From Alphaproteobacteria bacterium (GTDB lineage: Bacteria > Pseudomonadota > Alphaproteobacteria > MPNO01 > UBA830): DNA of 64,000 nucleotides. How positions within the stretch are numbered: position 1 is the first letter of the stretch; each line of letters begins with the position of its first letter. Below, one piece after another: positions 1 through 10,228 of this stretch. A model generated the notes under the pieces. It saw only the letters and a list, made by a program, of their open reading frames with translations. It did no database searches and was not told the DNA's origin. The stretch is taken from contig OZ251539.1 in the NCBI GenBank assembly GCA_965243135.1, forward strand, positions 3,488,001-3,552,000, in the 5' to 3' direction. A program made the position numbers and the translations under genes.

Positions 1-601
1 GGCGGACGCCTTCCTCCGGGTCCGACAGCAAGTCGAGCGTTTCCTCGAGGGCGAGATCGCGGTCGGCCGGCCTGAAGCGCATGTCGGCAATGGTCTCGTC
101 GAAGAGGCGCGACCAGGCGGCACGGCCGGAAACCCGCTTTTCGTGAAGGAGGGTCTCGACGGGCTCGTCGAGCTCGTGGGGACGCAGCGTTCGGACGTTC
201 GCGATCCACGACCGGCGCCTGCTGGCGGCGCCCTCCAGCATCCCGGCGAGAACCTCGTCGCCGACGCGGTTGATCTCGAGCGCGAAGAACAGGATGCGGG
301 AAGAAATGTCGCTGACGCGCTCCTGCACGTTCTGGCGAAAGCGCCCGATGCCGGGGTCCGAAAGATCGGCGGCGCCGAGAAGCTGGGCGTAGCTCGCGAT
401 TCGGTCCAGCGTTTCGTTGACCGCCTCGTAGGCCGCAATGGCGACGCCGAAGCGGTCGCCGTCGAGTCCGGCGAGATTCCCCTTGTACGTCGCGGCGAAA
501 CTCTCCGCCTCGCGGGCGGCCCGATCGAGATCCGCGGCCAGTTCCGGGCAGTTGGCGCCGGAATAAAGGTCGCCGAGATCCCACTCGGGGAGACTGTCCA
601 T
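1..601 (-). CDS. pepF: M3 family oligoendopeptidase F, 5' part (runs off window start)
   Basis: Manual translation from ATG at 601 gives MDSLPEWDLGDLYSG...LLHEKRVSGRAAWSRLFDET, typical of the alphaproteobacterial PepF N-terminus. Not in the ORF track because it is open-ended. Confidence 0.85.
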   Translation of the reverse strand, partial: MDSLPEWDLGDLYSGANCPELAADLDRAAREAESFAATYKGNLAGLDGDRFGVAIAAYEAVNETLDRIASYAQLLGAADLSDPGIGRFRQNVQERVSDISSRILFFALEINRVGDEVLAGMLEGAASRRRSWIANVRTLRPHELDEPVETLLHEKRVSGRAAWSRLFDETIADMRFRPADRDLALEETLDLLSDPEEGVR

Positions 602-747
602 CGCGCTCTCCCGCCGGTTCTTTTTTTTCGCGCAGCGGGACGAGCATACCCGCAACGGGATTCTCGCTATATAATGCGGACAAGCTCCGCAACCAACCGG
701 GCGGGCGGCGTCGCCTTCCCATGAGTTCCGCACGAGGGAAGCCGCGC

Positions 748-2508
748 ATGATGGATTACGACTCCTGCACCAACCTTCCGGCGATGTTCTTCGCCAACAC
801 GGCCGAGATCGGAGACCGACCCTTTCTCTGGCGAAAGGCCGGCGGAGAATGGCGGCCGACGACGGGCAACGCCGCGCGCGAAACGGCCGCCGCGCTCGCG
901 GCCGGATTGGCTTCGCTCGGCGTCGCGCCGGGCGACCGGGTCGCTCTGGTTTCCGAAAGCAGGCCGGAATGGATGATCGCCGATCTCGGCATCATGGCCG
1001 CCGGGGGGATTTCGGTTCCGGCCTACGTGACCAACCGGGTTCCCGATCATCTGCACATTCTCGCGGACAGCGGCGCGAAGGGCGCCATCGTGTCGGGGCC
1101 GGACCTCGCGCGGAACCTCATGCCGGCCGCTTCGGAGGCCGGGCTCGAATTCGTGATCTTCATGGATCCGCCGAAAAGCGACGCCGGGGGAGCCGTCCTG
1201 TGGAGCGACCTGATCGAGCGCCATGCGGGACCGCCGCCCGACGTTTCCGGCATCGCCCGCGGGGACACCGCCTGCCTCATCTACACGTCGGGAACCGGGG
1301 GCGCGCCGAAGGGCGTCATGCTGAGCCACGGCGCGATCATCGCGAACTGCAAGGGCGCCTACCACGTCGTGGAGGAACTCCTGGGGCCGGGATCCGAGCG
1401 TTTCCTGTCGTTCCTGCCGCTCTCGCATTCCTACGAACACACCGCGGGGCTGATATTCCCGCTGTCGATCAAGGCGGAAGTGTATTACGCCGAATCGCTG
1501 GACCGCCTGGCGGCGAACATGGAGGAAGTCCGGCCGACCGTCATGACCGCCGTCCCCCGGCTCTACGAGACGATGTACGGACGAATCAGGCGCGGAATCG
1601 CCCAGAAGGGAGGGCTTTCCGAAAAGCTGTTCATGAAGGCGGCCGACATCGGGCGGCGGCGCTACGAATCCGCGCCGCTCGCCCTGTCCGACCGCATGCT
1701 GGACCCGCTGCTCGACCGGCTGGTGCGCGCCAAGGTGGCGCAGCGCTTCGGGGGGACGCTGAAGGCGATGGTGTCGGGCGGCGCGCCCCTGAACTACGAC
1801 ATAGGCGCGTTCTTCAAGGCGCTCGGCATCGAGCTGCTGCAGGGATACGGACTGACCGAAACCGCGCCCGTGGTCAGCTGCAATCCGCCGTCCCGCAACA
1901 AGATCACGACGGTGGGACCGCCGGTCGTCGACGTCGAAGTCAAAATCGCCGACGACGGCGAGATCCTCGTGCGGGGAGAACTGCTCATGAACGGGTACTG
2001 GAACCGGCCGGACGACACGGCGGCGACGATCCGGGACGGCTGGCTGCACACAGGCGACATCGGCGAGCTCGACGAGGACGGCCATCTGGTCATCACCGAC
2101 CGCAAAAAAGACATCATCGTGAACTCGGGCGGCGACAACATTTCGCCGCAGCGGATCGAGGGGTTGCTGGCGCTGCAGCCCGAGGTCGCGCAGGCGATGG
2201 TCTACGGCGACGGCAAGCCGCATCTCGTCGCGCTGATCGTTCCCGACCCGGAATTCGCGGACGAATGGTCCGGCGGCGCGAAGTCCGATCTCGCGGCCCT
2301 GGCCAGCGACGAAGCGTTCCGCAAGGCCATCGGCGACGCGGTCGACCGCATGAACGCCGATCTGTCCGTGATCGAACGCATCCGGCGGTTCGCCGTGAGC
2401 GGCGAGGCGTTCACCATCGAAAACGAGATGATGACCCCGTCGATGAAAATCCGCCGGCACGTCATTCGGGAAAGATACGGCGAAACTCTGGAAGCGCTTT
2501 ACGGCTGA
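748..2508 (+). CDS. Long-chain fatty acid--CoA ligase (AMP-dependent synthetase)
   Basis: YTSGTGGAPKG, GYGLTE, WLHTGDIG and C-terminal TPSMKIRR motifs. GAGGGA RBS before ATG 748. Confidence 0.92.
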   Translation: MMDYDSCTNLPAMFFANTAEIGDRPFLWRKAGGEWRPTTGNAARETAAALAAGLASLGVAPGDRVALVSESRPEWMIADLGIMAAGGISVPAYVTNRVPDHLHILADSGAKGAIVSGPDLARNLMPAASEAGLEFVIFMDPPKSDAGGAVLWSDLIERHAGPPPDVSGIARGDTACLIYTSGTGGAPKGVMLSHGAIIANCKGAYHVVEELLGPGSERFLSFLPLSHSYEHTAGLIFPLSIKAEVYYAESLDRLAANMEEVRPTVMTAVPRLYETMYGRIRRGIAQKGGLSEKLFMKAADIGRRRYESAPLALSDRMLDPLLDRLVRAKVAQRFGGTLKAMVSGGAPLNYDIGAFFKALGIELLQGYGLTETAPVVSCNPPSRNKITTVGPPVVDVEVKIADDGEILVRGELLMNGYWNRPDDTAATIRDGWLHTGDIGELDEDGHLVITDRKKDIIVNSGGDNISPQRIEGLLALQPEVAQAMVYGDGKPHLVALIVPDPEFADEWSGGAKSDLAALASDEAFRKAIGDAVDRMNADLSVIERIRRFAVSGEAFTIENEMMTPSMKIRRHVIRERYGETLEALYG

Positions 2509-2552
2509 GACGGGGACGAAGCGCGCACCCGCAACTTGAAAGGAACGCCGAC

Positions 2553-3248
2553 ATGGGAGAGAAGGCGCTTATCGTAGGCGCCGGCCGAGGCCTCAGCGCC
2601 TCGCTGACGCGGCTGTTCGCCAGCGAAGGAATGAAAGTGGCGATCGCCGCCCGCAGAACGGTGAGGCTCATGGGGCTATGCCGGGAGACGGGCGCGCTCG
2701 CCTACGCCTGCGACGCCGCGAAGCCAGCGCAGGTCCACGCCCTGTTCGCCGCCGTCTCGGCGGACATCGGCGAACCGGACCTGGTGGTCTACAACGCGTC
2801 GAACCGCGCCCGCGGTCCGGTGCAGGACCTCGATCCGAAGGCCGTGCGGGAGGCCATCGAAATCTCCTGCTTCGGAGGCTTTCTGGTGGCGCAGGCCGCG
2901 GCGAAACGCATGCTCGCTCGAGGATCCGGAACGATCCTGTTGACCGGGGCTTCGGCCAGCGTCAAGGGCTATCCGAACTCGTCGGCCTTCGCCATGGGCA
3001 AGTTCGGCCTTCGCGGGCTGGCGCAATCGCTGGCGCGCGAATTGCAGCCGCAAAACGTTCACGTCGCCCATTTCGTGATCGACGGCGGCATCCTGCAGGG
3101 AGAGGACGACGCGCGCGCGGCGCAGCGCGGCGAGGACGCGATGCTTCTGCCCGACGAGATCGCGAAAACCTACCTCCACGTCCACCGCCAGCACCGGACC
3201 GCGTGGACCTGGGAGGTCGAACTGCGTCCATGGACGGAGAAATTCTGA
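2553..3248 (+). CDS. Short-chain dehydrogenase/reductase (SDR)
   Basis: GAGRGLS Rossmann motif, YNAS, FAMGKF and AWTWEVELRPWTEKF. AAGGA RBS. This is the 3' part of ORF 849..3248. Confidence 0.9.
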   Translation: MGEKALIVGAGRGLSASLTRLFASEGMKVAIAARRTVRLMGLCRETGALAYACDAAKPAQVHALFAAVSADIGEPDLVVYNASNRARGPVQDLDPKAVREAIEISCFGGFLVAQAAAKRMLARGSGTILLTGASASVKGYPNSSAFAMGKFGLRGLAQSLARELQPQNVHVAHFVIDGGILQGEDDARAAQRGEDAMLLPDEIAKTYLHVHRQHRTAWTWEVELRPWTEKF

Positions 3249-3291
3249 AGCCCTGAAGAGCCGTCACCGAGGCGAACCCGGCCGGCCGCGC

Positions 3292-3549
3292 TCATTCGGG
3301 AGGCGCGTCCAGCATCCCGAGGGCGGCGAGGTACGCGTCGAGGAGATACCCCTCCTCCTGGCGGTCGTTGTCGTCCATTTTGCGCAGGCTGACGACCCTT
3401 CGCATGATCTTCGGATCGAATCCGGCGCTCTTGGCTTCCGCGTAGACCTCGCGGATGTCCGCCATCAGCGCCGCCTTTTCCTCTTCGAGCCGTTCGATTC
3501 TCTCGATGAAGGACCGCAAGCGATCCTGCGCAACCGCGCCGTCGGCCAT
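3292..3549 (-). CDS. gapR: DUF2312 / GapR nucleoid-associated DNA-binding protein
   Basis: [15 protein letters not shown]...[20 protein letters not shown] signature. Confidence 0.9.
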   Translation of the reverse strand: MADGAVAQDRLRSFIERIERLEEEKAALMADIREVYAEAKSAGFDPKIMRRVVSLRKMDDNDRQEEGYLLDAYLAALGMLDAPPE

Positions 3550-3935
3550 ATTCGCCTCTCCCGTTATGCCCGCCCTCGAAGGGCGTCAAGAGCGAGCGAA
3601 CATAGATAGTCGGCGCCGAATCGAAAAACGCTCGCCGCGGCCCGGGTGGACGAAGCGCCGGAACCGGAACGACGCCGCGGCGGCACAGCGCGCGGAAGGA
3701 TCCCGCTCCGCCGTCACGGCGTCGCGCGGAGCGTCTCCGGCCATGGGCGCCGCACCAACGCAACCGGCACGCCCCTTCGCGAAGCGCCGGCAAAGCGCGG
3801 TCCACGATTGAACACCTGCCTCAGATTAGGGTTTTCTCTCCTGCTTCTCGCCGCTAAGTTTCGAATCAGCTTCAGACGCGCGCCGAAACGTCTTCGGGCC
3901 GCGCGGGGAGAGCAGAAGGAACCGGGAGACGAAAG

Positions 3936-4277
3936 ATGGACAAGGAGCATGGCCAACGCTGGGCAGCGATGGTGGCGGACTGGCAGGGGAACCCCGAGTT
4001 CCGCTCGCGGATGGAGGAAGATCCCAAGGCGGCGCTGGCCGAGAACGGAATCGAACTCCCAGGCAGAGTCGAGGACGTGCGCCTCGCGGTGGACAGCGAG
4101 GAAACCGTTCACATGGTTTTCCCGCCCGATCCGAACAGGGCGATATCCGACGCCTCGCTCCAGGACGTCGTTGGCGGCACTGATTGGATGGTCGTGGGCG
4201 ATGGTTGGATGATAGGAACTTATGTTCCTCAAAATTTAGCTGCTTTCGCATTTTCCGGCGGACTGACAGCGGGATAG
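3936..4277 (+). CDS. NHLP (nitrile hydratase-like leader) RiPP precursor peptide
   Basis: Leader NPEFRSRMEEDPKAALAENGIELP...VHMVFPPDP...ISDASLQDVVGG, followed by a 32-aa core after the double-glycine site. Confidence 0.8.
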   Translation: MDKEHGQRWAAMVADWQGNPEFRSRMEEDPKAALAENGIELPGRVEDVRLAVDSEETVHMVFPPDPNRAISDASLQDVVGGTDWMVVGDGWMIGTYVPQNLAAFAFSGGLTAG

Positions 4278-4865
4278 GGCGGCAGCCGGCGTCTCTAACC
4301 CTGTCGGTCGACGGTTCTCCGCGGAGGCGGTTCAGAAAATCCGCGAAATCCGACGTTCTCCCCGGCCAGTATCCGGGTATCGAGCGTAAGCGGATGTTCA
4401 TGGCGCCGCGCCCTGTCCGGATCGAGAGCCGACTTGCGGGTTGGAACGGCCTGCTGCCGGAAGGCCGATAGCTCCACCGGCAGGCATGTTGTCGTAACGG
4501 CGGCGTGCGCAGCGTCGATCATCCGCTCGAATACGGGCTCCGCCGAAATGGTGCCGGGATCTTCGCTGTTTTCGGAGGTCGCAATCGCGACGGCATCCTG
4601 TCGGCGACCGGGTAGCCGGTCCGCCCCTCCCGGCATGCCGATGGCGCTGATCGACCCGCCGTCGACAACGCCGCCTGCCAGAGGTTACCGGTCCGCCGGC
4701 CGTTCAGCAGCCAAGTCCGGCAGACTTCCTCCGCCCGCGCCGCCGACAGTGCCGAGGGAAATTCCCGCGCGGCTTCGCCGTCCCGCCCGGGCGCGTCGGC
4801 CTTCCGTCCGCCCGAAGGCACTGCGCCTCGTCAAGATCGTTCTCGCCAATCCCGGCGACGCGGTC

Positions 4866-5453
4866 CAGCGGCGCGGACAAGATTTACAACCCGTTCGACA
4901 TCCTGCTTCTCTTCGAAACGCGCGAGTTCGAGGCGCAATGGTTCCGGACCGGCTACCTGACCATCGTCGCCGAGGAGCGGGACGAGGGCGTTCGCCTCTA
5001 CCGGCTACCCGAACCAGGAGGTGAAGCGCAGCCTGAACGCGCTCCTGCTGAAGGCGATGGCGCCGGACCTCGCGGTCATCTGCGCCGCCTGATGCGCGCG
5101 AACGACTTCGCGGCCTCGAGCGGCGGTTTCGGGCGTTGCTGAGCACCCCGAACGAGTGGCACGCGAACACGGGCATGGCGGGCTACGAAGCGCACAACGC
5201 CGGCGTGTTCTACTCGCACTTCGTGGCGGCGGGGATGGACGTCCGCACGGAGGAGAGCACGGCGCGCTGCCGCCTGACGGTCCTGTACGGCGGCAGCGTC
5301 TACCTGTTCGAGTTCAAGGTCGCGGACGGGAAGGGGCGTGCGCTGGGTCGGGAGCGCGGCTATGCGGACAAGCACCGGCGTCCGGGCGTACCGGTCCACC
5401 TGATCGGCCGGGAGGAGCGCAACATCGTCGGGTTCGAGTTCGAGACCGTCTGA
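4866..5453 (+). pseudogene. Deleted/frameshifted 3' copy of the AAA-ATPase + PD-(D/E)XK gene
   Basis: Near-identical to 6502..7284 (YNPFDILLLF...NIVGFEFETV) with internal deletions. The 3' flank is duplicated too. Confidence 0.9.
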
Positions 5454-5707
5454 AGCCGGGCGCCAGACCGGTTGGACGTCCCGTCCGGACATTTCGGCAA
5501 GTGAGGCCGCTTCGACGAAAGGCCGCCGCCCTCCGCCGCCTCGCCTTGGCTCAGCATCCCCTGATCGGTGCGACCGTATACCTCTTCGAACTTCCTCAGT
5601 CCTTGTCGCTGTTCCGTCCGCCGCCACCTCCTTGGTCCGGAAGCCTTCTAAATCCAGACAGGGGATCGGACATATCGTCTGTTACTAATACGGACTCCGC
5701 CTCCTCC

Positions 5708-5736
5708 TTGACGGCTCCGGCATGGCCGCCTACCCT
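5708..5736 (+). promoter_or_regulatory. Putative sigma70 promoter for a leaderless transcript
   Basis: TTGACG-N17-TACCCT-N6-ATG(5743). The same architecture is conserved at the paralog (51736-51764, minus strand). Confidence 0.6.
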
Positions 5737-5742
5737 TTTCGG

Positions 5743-7284
5743 ATGACGAGACGCATGCTTCCGACCGGCATGACCTCCCTCCGGGAGATCCGGGAGATGG
5801 ATTGCTACTACGTCGACAAGACGGATCATGTGCGCCGCCTCGTCGAGAGGGGCAAATACTATTTCCTGTCGCGTCCGCGCCGGTTCGGCAAAAGCCTCCT
5901 GGTGGACACGTTCCAGAAGCTGTTCGAGGGAAGCGAGGAACTGTTCCGGAACCTCGCCATACACGGCGGGTGGGACTGGTCGGTGCGCCATCCGGTCGTG
6001 CGGCTGGATTTCAGCGGCGTGGGCCGTTTCGACACCCCGGACGGGGTTCGGGGAACGGTGGAAAGGCAGCTGGCGGCGGCGGAGAGGCGCGCCGGCCTCG
6101 AACCGGGCCCCGCCGGGGCAGCGGTCCGTTTCCACGAGTTGATCGAGGCCCTGCACGAGCGTACCGGGCGGCGGGCGGTGGTTCTGGTGGACGAATACGA
6201 CAAGCCGATTCTGGACGCGCTCGGCGACCGGGAACTGGCGCTGGCCAACCGCGACTTCCTGCGCAGCCTGTACGGGGTGATCAAGGCCTGCGACGAGCAG
6301 CTCCGTTTCGTTTTCCTGACGGGGGTGAGCAAGTTCTCGCAGGCAGGCCTGTTCTCGGGCCTGAACAACCTGCGCGACATCACGCTGGCGCCGGAGTTCT
6401 CGGACATTTGCGGCTACACGGACGCGGAGTTGGACGCGATTTTCGCCCCGGAACTCGGGGGCCTGGACCGGAAGGAAGTCCAGCTCTGGTACAACGGCTA
6501 CAACTGGCGCGGCGCAAACAAGGTCTACAACCCGTTCGACATCCTTCTTCTCTTCGAAACGCGCGAGTTCGAAGCGCACTGGTTCCGGACCGGCACGCCG
6601 ACCTTCCTCGCCGACCTTCTGTCGCGACGCCGTGTCGCGACGCCGGCCCTGGAGGGCATGTTCGCGGATGACGATCTGCTGTCGGCCATCGACGTCGACC
6701 GCATTCCCGTCGAGACGCTCTTGTTCCAGACCGGCTACCTGACCATCGTCGCCGAGGAACGGGACGAGGGCGTTCGCCTCTACCAGCTGGACTACCCGAA
6801 CCAGGAGGTGAAGCGCAGCCTGAACGCGCTTCTGCTGAAGACGATGGCACCGGACGTCACGGTCGCGGCGGAGAGCCGGGAGTTGCGCCGCCTGATGCGC
6901 GCGAACGACTTCGCGGGCCTCGAGAATCTGTTCCGGACATTCCTGGCGAGCATTCCGAACGAGTGGTACGCGAACACAGGCATGGCGGGCTACGAAGCCC
7001 ACTATGCGAGCGTGTTCTACTCTCACTTCGTGGCGGCGGGGATGGACGTCCGCGCGGAGGAGAGCACCGCGCGCGGCCGCTCGGACCTGACGGTCCTGTA
7101 CGACGGCAACGTCTACCTGTTCGAATTCAAGATCGCGGACGGGAAGGGGCGGGCGCTGGCGCAGATACGGGAGCGCGGCTACGCGGACAAGCACCGGCGT
7201 CCGGGCGTGCCGGTCCACCTGATCGGGGTGGAGTTCGGCCGGGAGGAGCGCAACATCGTCGGGTTCGAGTTCGAGACCGTCTGA
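5743..7284 (+). CDS. AAA-ATPase-like protein with C-terminal PD-(D/E)XK nuclease-like domain
   Basis: YYVDKT, SRPRRFGKS Walker A, VLVDEYDKP Walker B, FLTGVSKF, and GRSDL...YLFEFK. Confidence 0.9.
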   Translation: MTRRMLPTGMTSLREIREMDCYYVDKTDHVRRLVERGKYYFLSRPRRFGKSLLVDTFQKLFEGSEELFRNLAIHGGWDWSVRHPVVRLDFSGVGRFDTPDGVRGTVERQLAAAERRAGLEPGPAGAAVRFHELIEALHERTGRRAVVLVDEYDKPILDALGDRELALANRDFLRSLYGVIKACDEQLRFVFLTGVSKFSQAGLFSGLNNLRDITLAPEFSDICGYTDAELDAIFAPELGGLDRKEVQLWYNGYNWRGANKVYNPFDILLLFETREFEAHWFRTGTPTFLADLLSRRRVATPALEGMFADDDLLSAIDVDRIPVETLLFQTGYLTIVAEERDEGVRLYQLDYPNQEVKRSLNALLLKTMAPDVTVAAESRELRRLMRANDFAGLENLFRTFLASIPNEWYANTGMAGYEAHYASVFYSHFVAAGMDVRAEESTARGRSDLTVLYDGNVYLFEFKIADGKGRALAQIRERGYADKHRRPGVPVHLIGVEFGREERNIVGFEFETV

Positions 7285-7536
7285 AGCCGGGCGCGGACGG
7301 GTTGGACGCCCGTCCGGACATTTCAGCAAGTGAGGCCGCTTCGACGACAGGCCGGCGCCCCGCTGGCCGGCACACTCCGATAATGCCCTCGCGCTGCCGA
7401 CAGCCTGTGTTGCGCTCGGGAGTCGATTAGGGAAACCAAATTCAACGTCTGGCGTCTGCCGAAAAGCGGCGTCTCCGGCGCATCCCCGTTCAGGCGACGG
7501 GCCGGAATTTCCCCCGACGGGAAGAGCCCCCTGAAA

Positions 7537-7833
7537 TCAATGCGCCTTCGCGGCTTCCTTGAGTTTGGCCTTCTGCTCCGGCGTCGCCGGGGTCTGATGC
7601 TTTTCGCGCCACTCGGAAAACGGCATGCCGTAAACGATTTCGCGCGCTTCGTCCTTGCCGACTTCGATCCCGCGGTCCCCGGCGGCCTCCTGGTACCAGC
7701 GGCTCAGGCAGTTGCGGCAGAAGCCCGCGAGATTCATCAGATCGATGTTCTGCACGTCGGTACGGTCGCGGAGATGGCCGACAAGGCTCCGAAACGCGGC
7801 GGCCTCGATCTCGGTACGGGTCCGGTCATCCAT
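7537..7833 (-). CDS. DUF1244 domain protein
   Basis: EIEAAAFRSLVGHL...DVQNIDLMNLAGFCRNCLSRWY...VYGMP. Confidence 0.88.
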   Translation of the reverse strand: MDDRTRTEIEAAAFRSLVGHLRDRTDVQNIDLMNLAGFCRNCLSRWYQEAAGDRGIEVGKDEAREIVYGMPFSEWREKHQTPATPEQKAKLKEAAKAH

Positions 7834-7944
7834 GATCTTGTCTCCATTGTCGGAATCGCCCTGTCGATATAGGTCCAAACCGCGACGCCTGCAAACCCGT
7901 CCGGTCGCTCGCCCGCCGTTCGTCCGAACGATATAAGGCCGCTC

Positions 7945-8841
7945 ATGGAAAAGAGCCGTCCAACGCTTCGCGCCGAGCGCCTTGCGATCCTCGCGCTGCT
8001 GGCGGGCGCCGTCACGATCGGCTTCGCGCCGATACTGGTTCGCCTCAGCGAACTCGGCCCGACGGCGACCGCAGGCTATCGCTTCCTGCTGGCGGTCCCC
8101 CTCTATTGGGCGATCTCCGCGATCGCGCCGCAACCGGCGGCCGATCAGCCATGGACGGTTCGCGATTTCCTGCTGGTCGCTCTTGCGGGCGCCAGCCTGG
8201 CCGCCGACATGGGCGCATGGCATTTCTCGATCCACATGACGACGGTGGCCAACGCGACCGTTCTTCCCAACGTCGCGCCGGTGTTCGTCGTGATCGGCAG
8301 TTGGCTGATTTTCCGGGAACGGGTAACCGGCACTTTCCTGATCGGATTGATCGCGGCCATGTTCGGCGTCTTCGCGTTGACCGAAGCGAGCTTCGCCCTT
8401 GGCCGCTCGCAGTTCGTCGGCGATCTTCTGGGCTTGCTTACCGCGCTGTTCTACGCCGTCTACCAGATGTCGATAATGCGCCTGCGGCAACGCTTCTCGA
8501 CCATCGCGATCATGGCGCGGGCGATACCGGTCAGCGCGGCGTCGATCATTCCGTTCGCCGCGGCGAGCGGCGACGCTCTCGCCGCGTCCACGCTGGCCGG
8601 CTGGTCCGTGCTCGTCGCGCTCGCCGCCGGACCGCAGGTATTGGGTCACGGATTGATCGCCTGGGCGCTGGCGCATCTGCCCGTCGCCTTCGCCTCGGTG
8701 ACCCTGCTGGCGCAACCCGTGACCGCCGCCATCGTCGCCTGGATCCTGTTCGACGAACGCATCGGCGGTCAACAAGCGATCGCGGCGGCAGCGATCCTCG
8801 CCGGCATCGCCGTCGCGAGACGCGGGAGCATGCGGCGATGA
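7945..8841 (+). CDS. DMT/EamA family transporter
   Basis: About 10 hydrophobic helices in two EamA-like repeats. Confidence 0.85.
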   Translation: MEKSRPTLRAERLAILALLAGAVTIGFAPILVRLSELGPTATAGYRFLLAVPLYWAISAIAPQPAADQPWTVRDFLLVALAGASLAADMGAWHFSIHMTTVANATVLPNVAPVFVVIGSWLIFRERVTGTFLIGLIAAMFGVFALTEASFALGRSQFVGDLLGLLTALFYAVYQMSIMRLRQRFSTIAIMARAIPVSAASIIPFAAASGDALAASTLAGWSVLVALAAGPQVLGHGLIAWALAHLPVAFASVTLLAQPVTAAIVAWILFDERIGGQQAIAAAAILAGIAVARRGSMRR

Positions 8842-10070
8842 GCGAGACGCGCATTCTGTTGCGAAACCTTTTCGATGCGGCCCTGGCCGCTGCCGACCCA
8901 TCCGCCGTCGTACCGCAGCATCTCCCCGCCCCGCCCCGCGGGCGGACCCTCGCGCTCGCGGCCGGAAAGGCGGCGGCGGCCATGGCCCGCGCCGCCGAGC
9001 GGAATTTCCCCGGCGAAACGAGCGGCATGGCCGTAACCCGTTACGGGCACGGGCTCGACTGCGAACGCATCGAGGTGATCGAAGCGGGACATCCGCTGCC
9101 CGACGCGGCCGGGCGGCGAGCGGCGTCGCGATTTCTCGCCGCCGCACGCCAGCTGACGGCGGACGACCTTCTGCTTTTCCTGGTTTCGGGCGGCGCGTCG
9201 GCGCTGCTTGCGGAACCCGCCGAAGGCCTCGGCCTCGACGAAAAGGCGGCGATCAACCGCGCGCTGCTGAAGGCGGGCGCCCCGATCGGCGATATGAACT
9301 GCCTGCGAAAACACCTGTCCGCCGTCAAGGGAGGCAGGCTCGCGGCGGCGGCGGCGCCCGCGCGCGTCGCGACGCTCGCGATCTCGGACGTGCCGGGGGA
9401 CGATCCTGCGATCATCGGTTCCGGCCCGACCGTCGCCGATCCCACGTCCTGCGGCGACGCGCTCGCGGTGGCCGAAAGATACGGAATCGAATTGCCCCCG
9501 CCCGCTCGCGCGGCTCTCGAGGACGGCCGCTGGGAATCGATCAAGCCCGGAGACCGATGCTTCGACAACGCGATCTACACGATCGTCGCCCGGCCCGCCG
9601 ACGCGCTCGACGCGGCGGCGGCCCGGGCCTCTTCGGAGGGCCTCGTCGTCCGCAATCTCGGCGACGATCTGGAAGGAGAGGCGCGAGATCTCGCGGCGGC
9701 GCACGCCCGGCTGGCGCGGCAACCCGGCGTATTGATCTCGGGAGGAGAGACCACGGTCACGCTGTCCGGAAGTTCCGGCCGCGGCGGGCGCAACTGCGAA
9801 TATCTGCTGGCGTTGGCGCTGGCGCTCGACGAAGCCCCGAACGTTCACGCCATCGCCTGCGACACCGACGGCATCGACGGAACCGAGGATGCCGCCGGCG
9901 CCTGCATCGGCCCCGATACCCTGAGACGCGCCCGCGCCGCCGGGTTGGACGCCAGGCGGATGCTGCGGGAGCACGACAGCTACGGGTTCTTCGAACGACT
10001 CGGCGACCTGATCGTGACCGGACCGACGCGCACCAACGTCAACGACTTCCGCGCCGTCCTGATCGAATGA
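8838..10070 (+). CDS. Glycerate kinase type 2 (MOFRL family)
   Basis: AGKAAAAMA, SGGASAL, GGETTV, GRGGRN, TDGIDG and TGPTRTNVND motifs. ATGA overlap with the upstream gene. Confidence 0.92.
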   Translation: MSETRILLRNLFDAALAAADPSAVVPQHLPAPPRGRTLALAAGKAAAAMARAAERNFPGETSGMAVTRYGHGLDCERIEVIEAGHPLPDAAGRRAASRFLAAARQLTADDLLLFLVSGGASALLAEPAEGLGLDEKAAINRALLKAGAPIGDMNCLRKHLSAVKGGRLAAAAAPARVATLAISDVPGDDPAIIGSGPTVADPTSCGDALAVAERYGIELPPPARAALEDGRWESIKPGDRCFDNAIYTIVARPADALDAAAARASSEGLVVRNLGDDLEGEARDLAAAHARLARQPGVLISGGETTVTLSGSSGRGGRNCEYLLALALALDEAPNVHAIACDTDGIDGTEDAAGACIGPDTLRRARAAGLDARRMLREHDSYGFFERLGDLIVTGPTRTNVNDFRAVLIE

Positions 10071-10228
10071 AGCCGGCTCCCCCGCGTCGCGAAACTCCCC
10101 CGGCGAGCGCGCGGACGCTCGCCCCGACCGCGGCGGACGTCGGGCCGCGCCGGCCGTCGTTCCCGGACGGACCGGCGCAGAAATGATCGCGCATTGACCG
10201 GCGGCGATGCGGCGGGAACATTGCGCCC

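Noticed and set aside
4280-4865. Possible RiPP maturase remnant downstream of the NHLP precursor
   Set aside because: No rSAM CxxxCxxC, YcaO or LanM motif was found in the ORFs covering this stretch.
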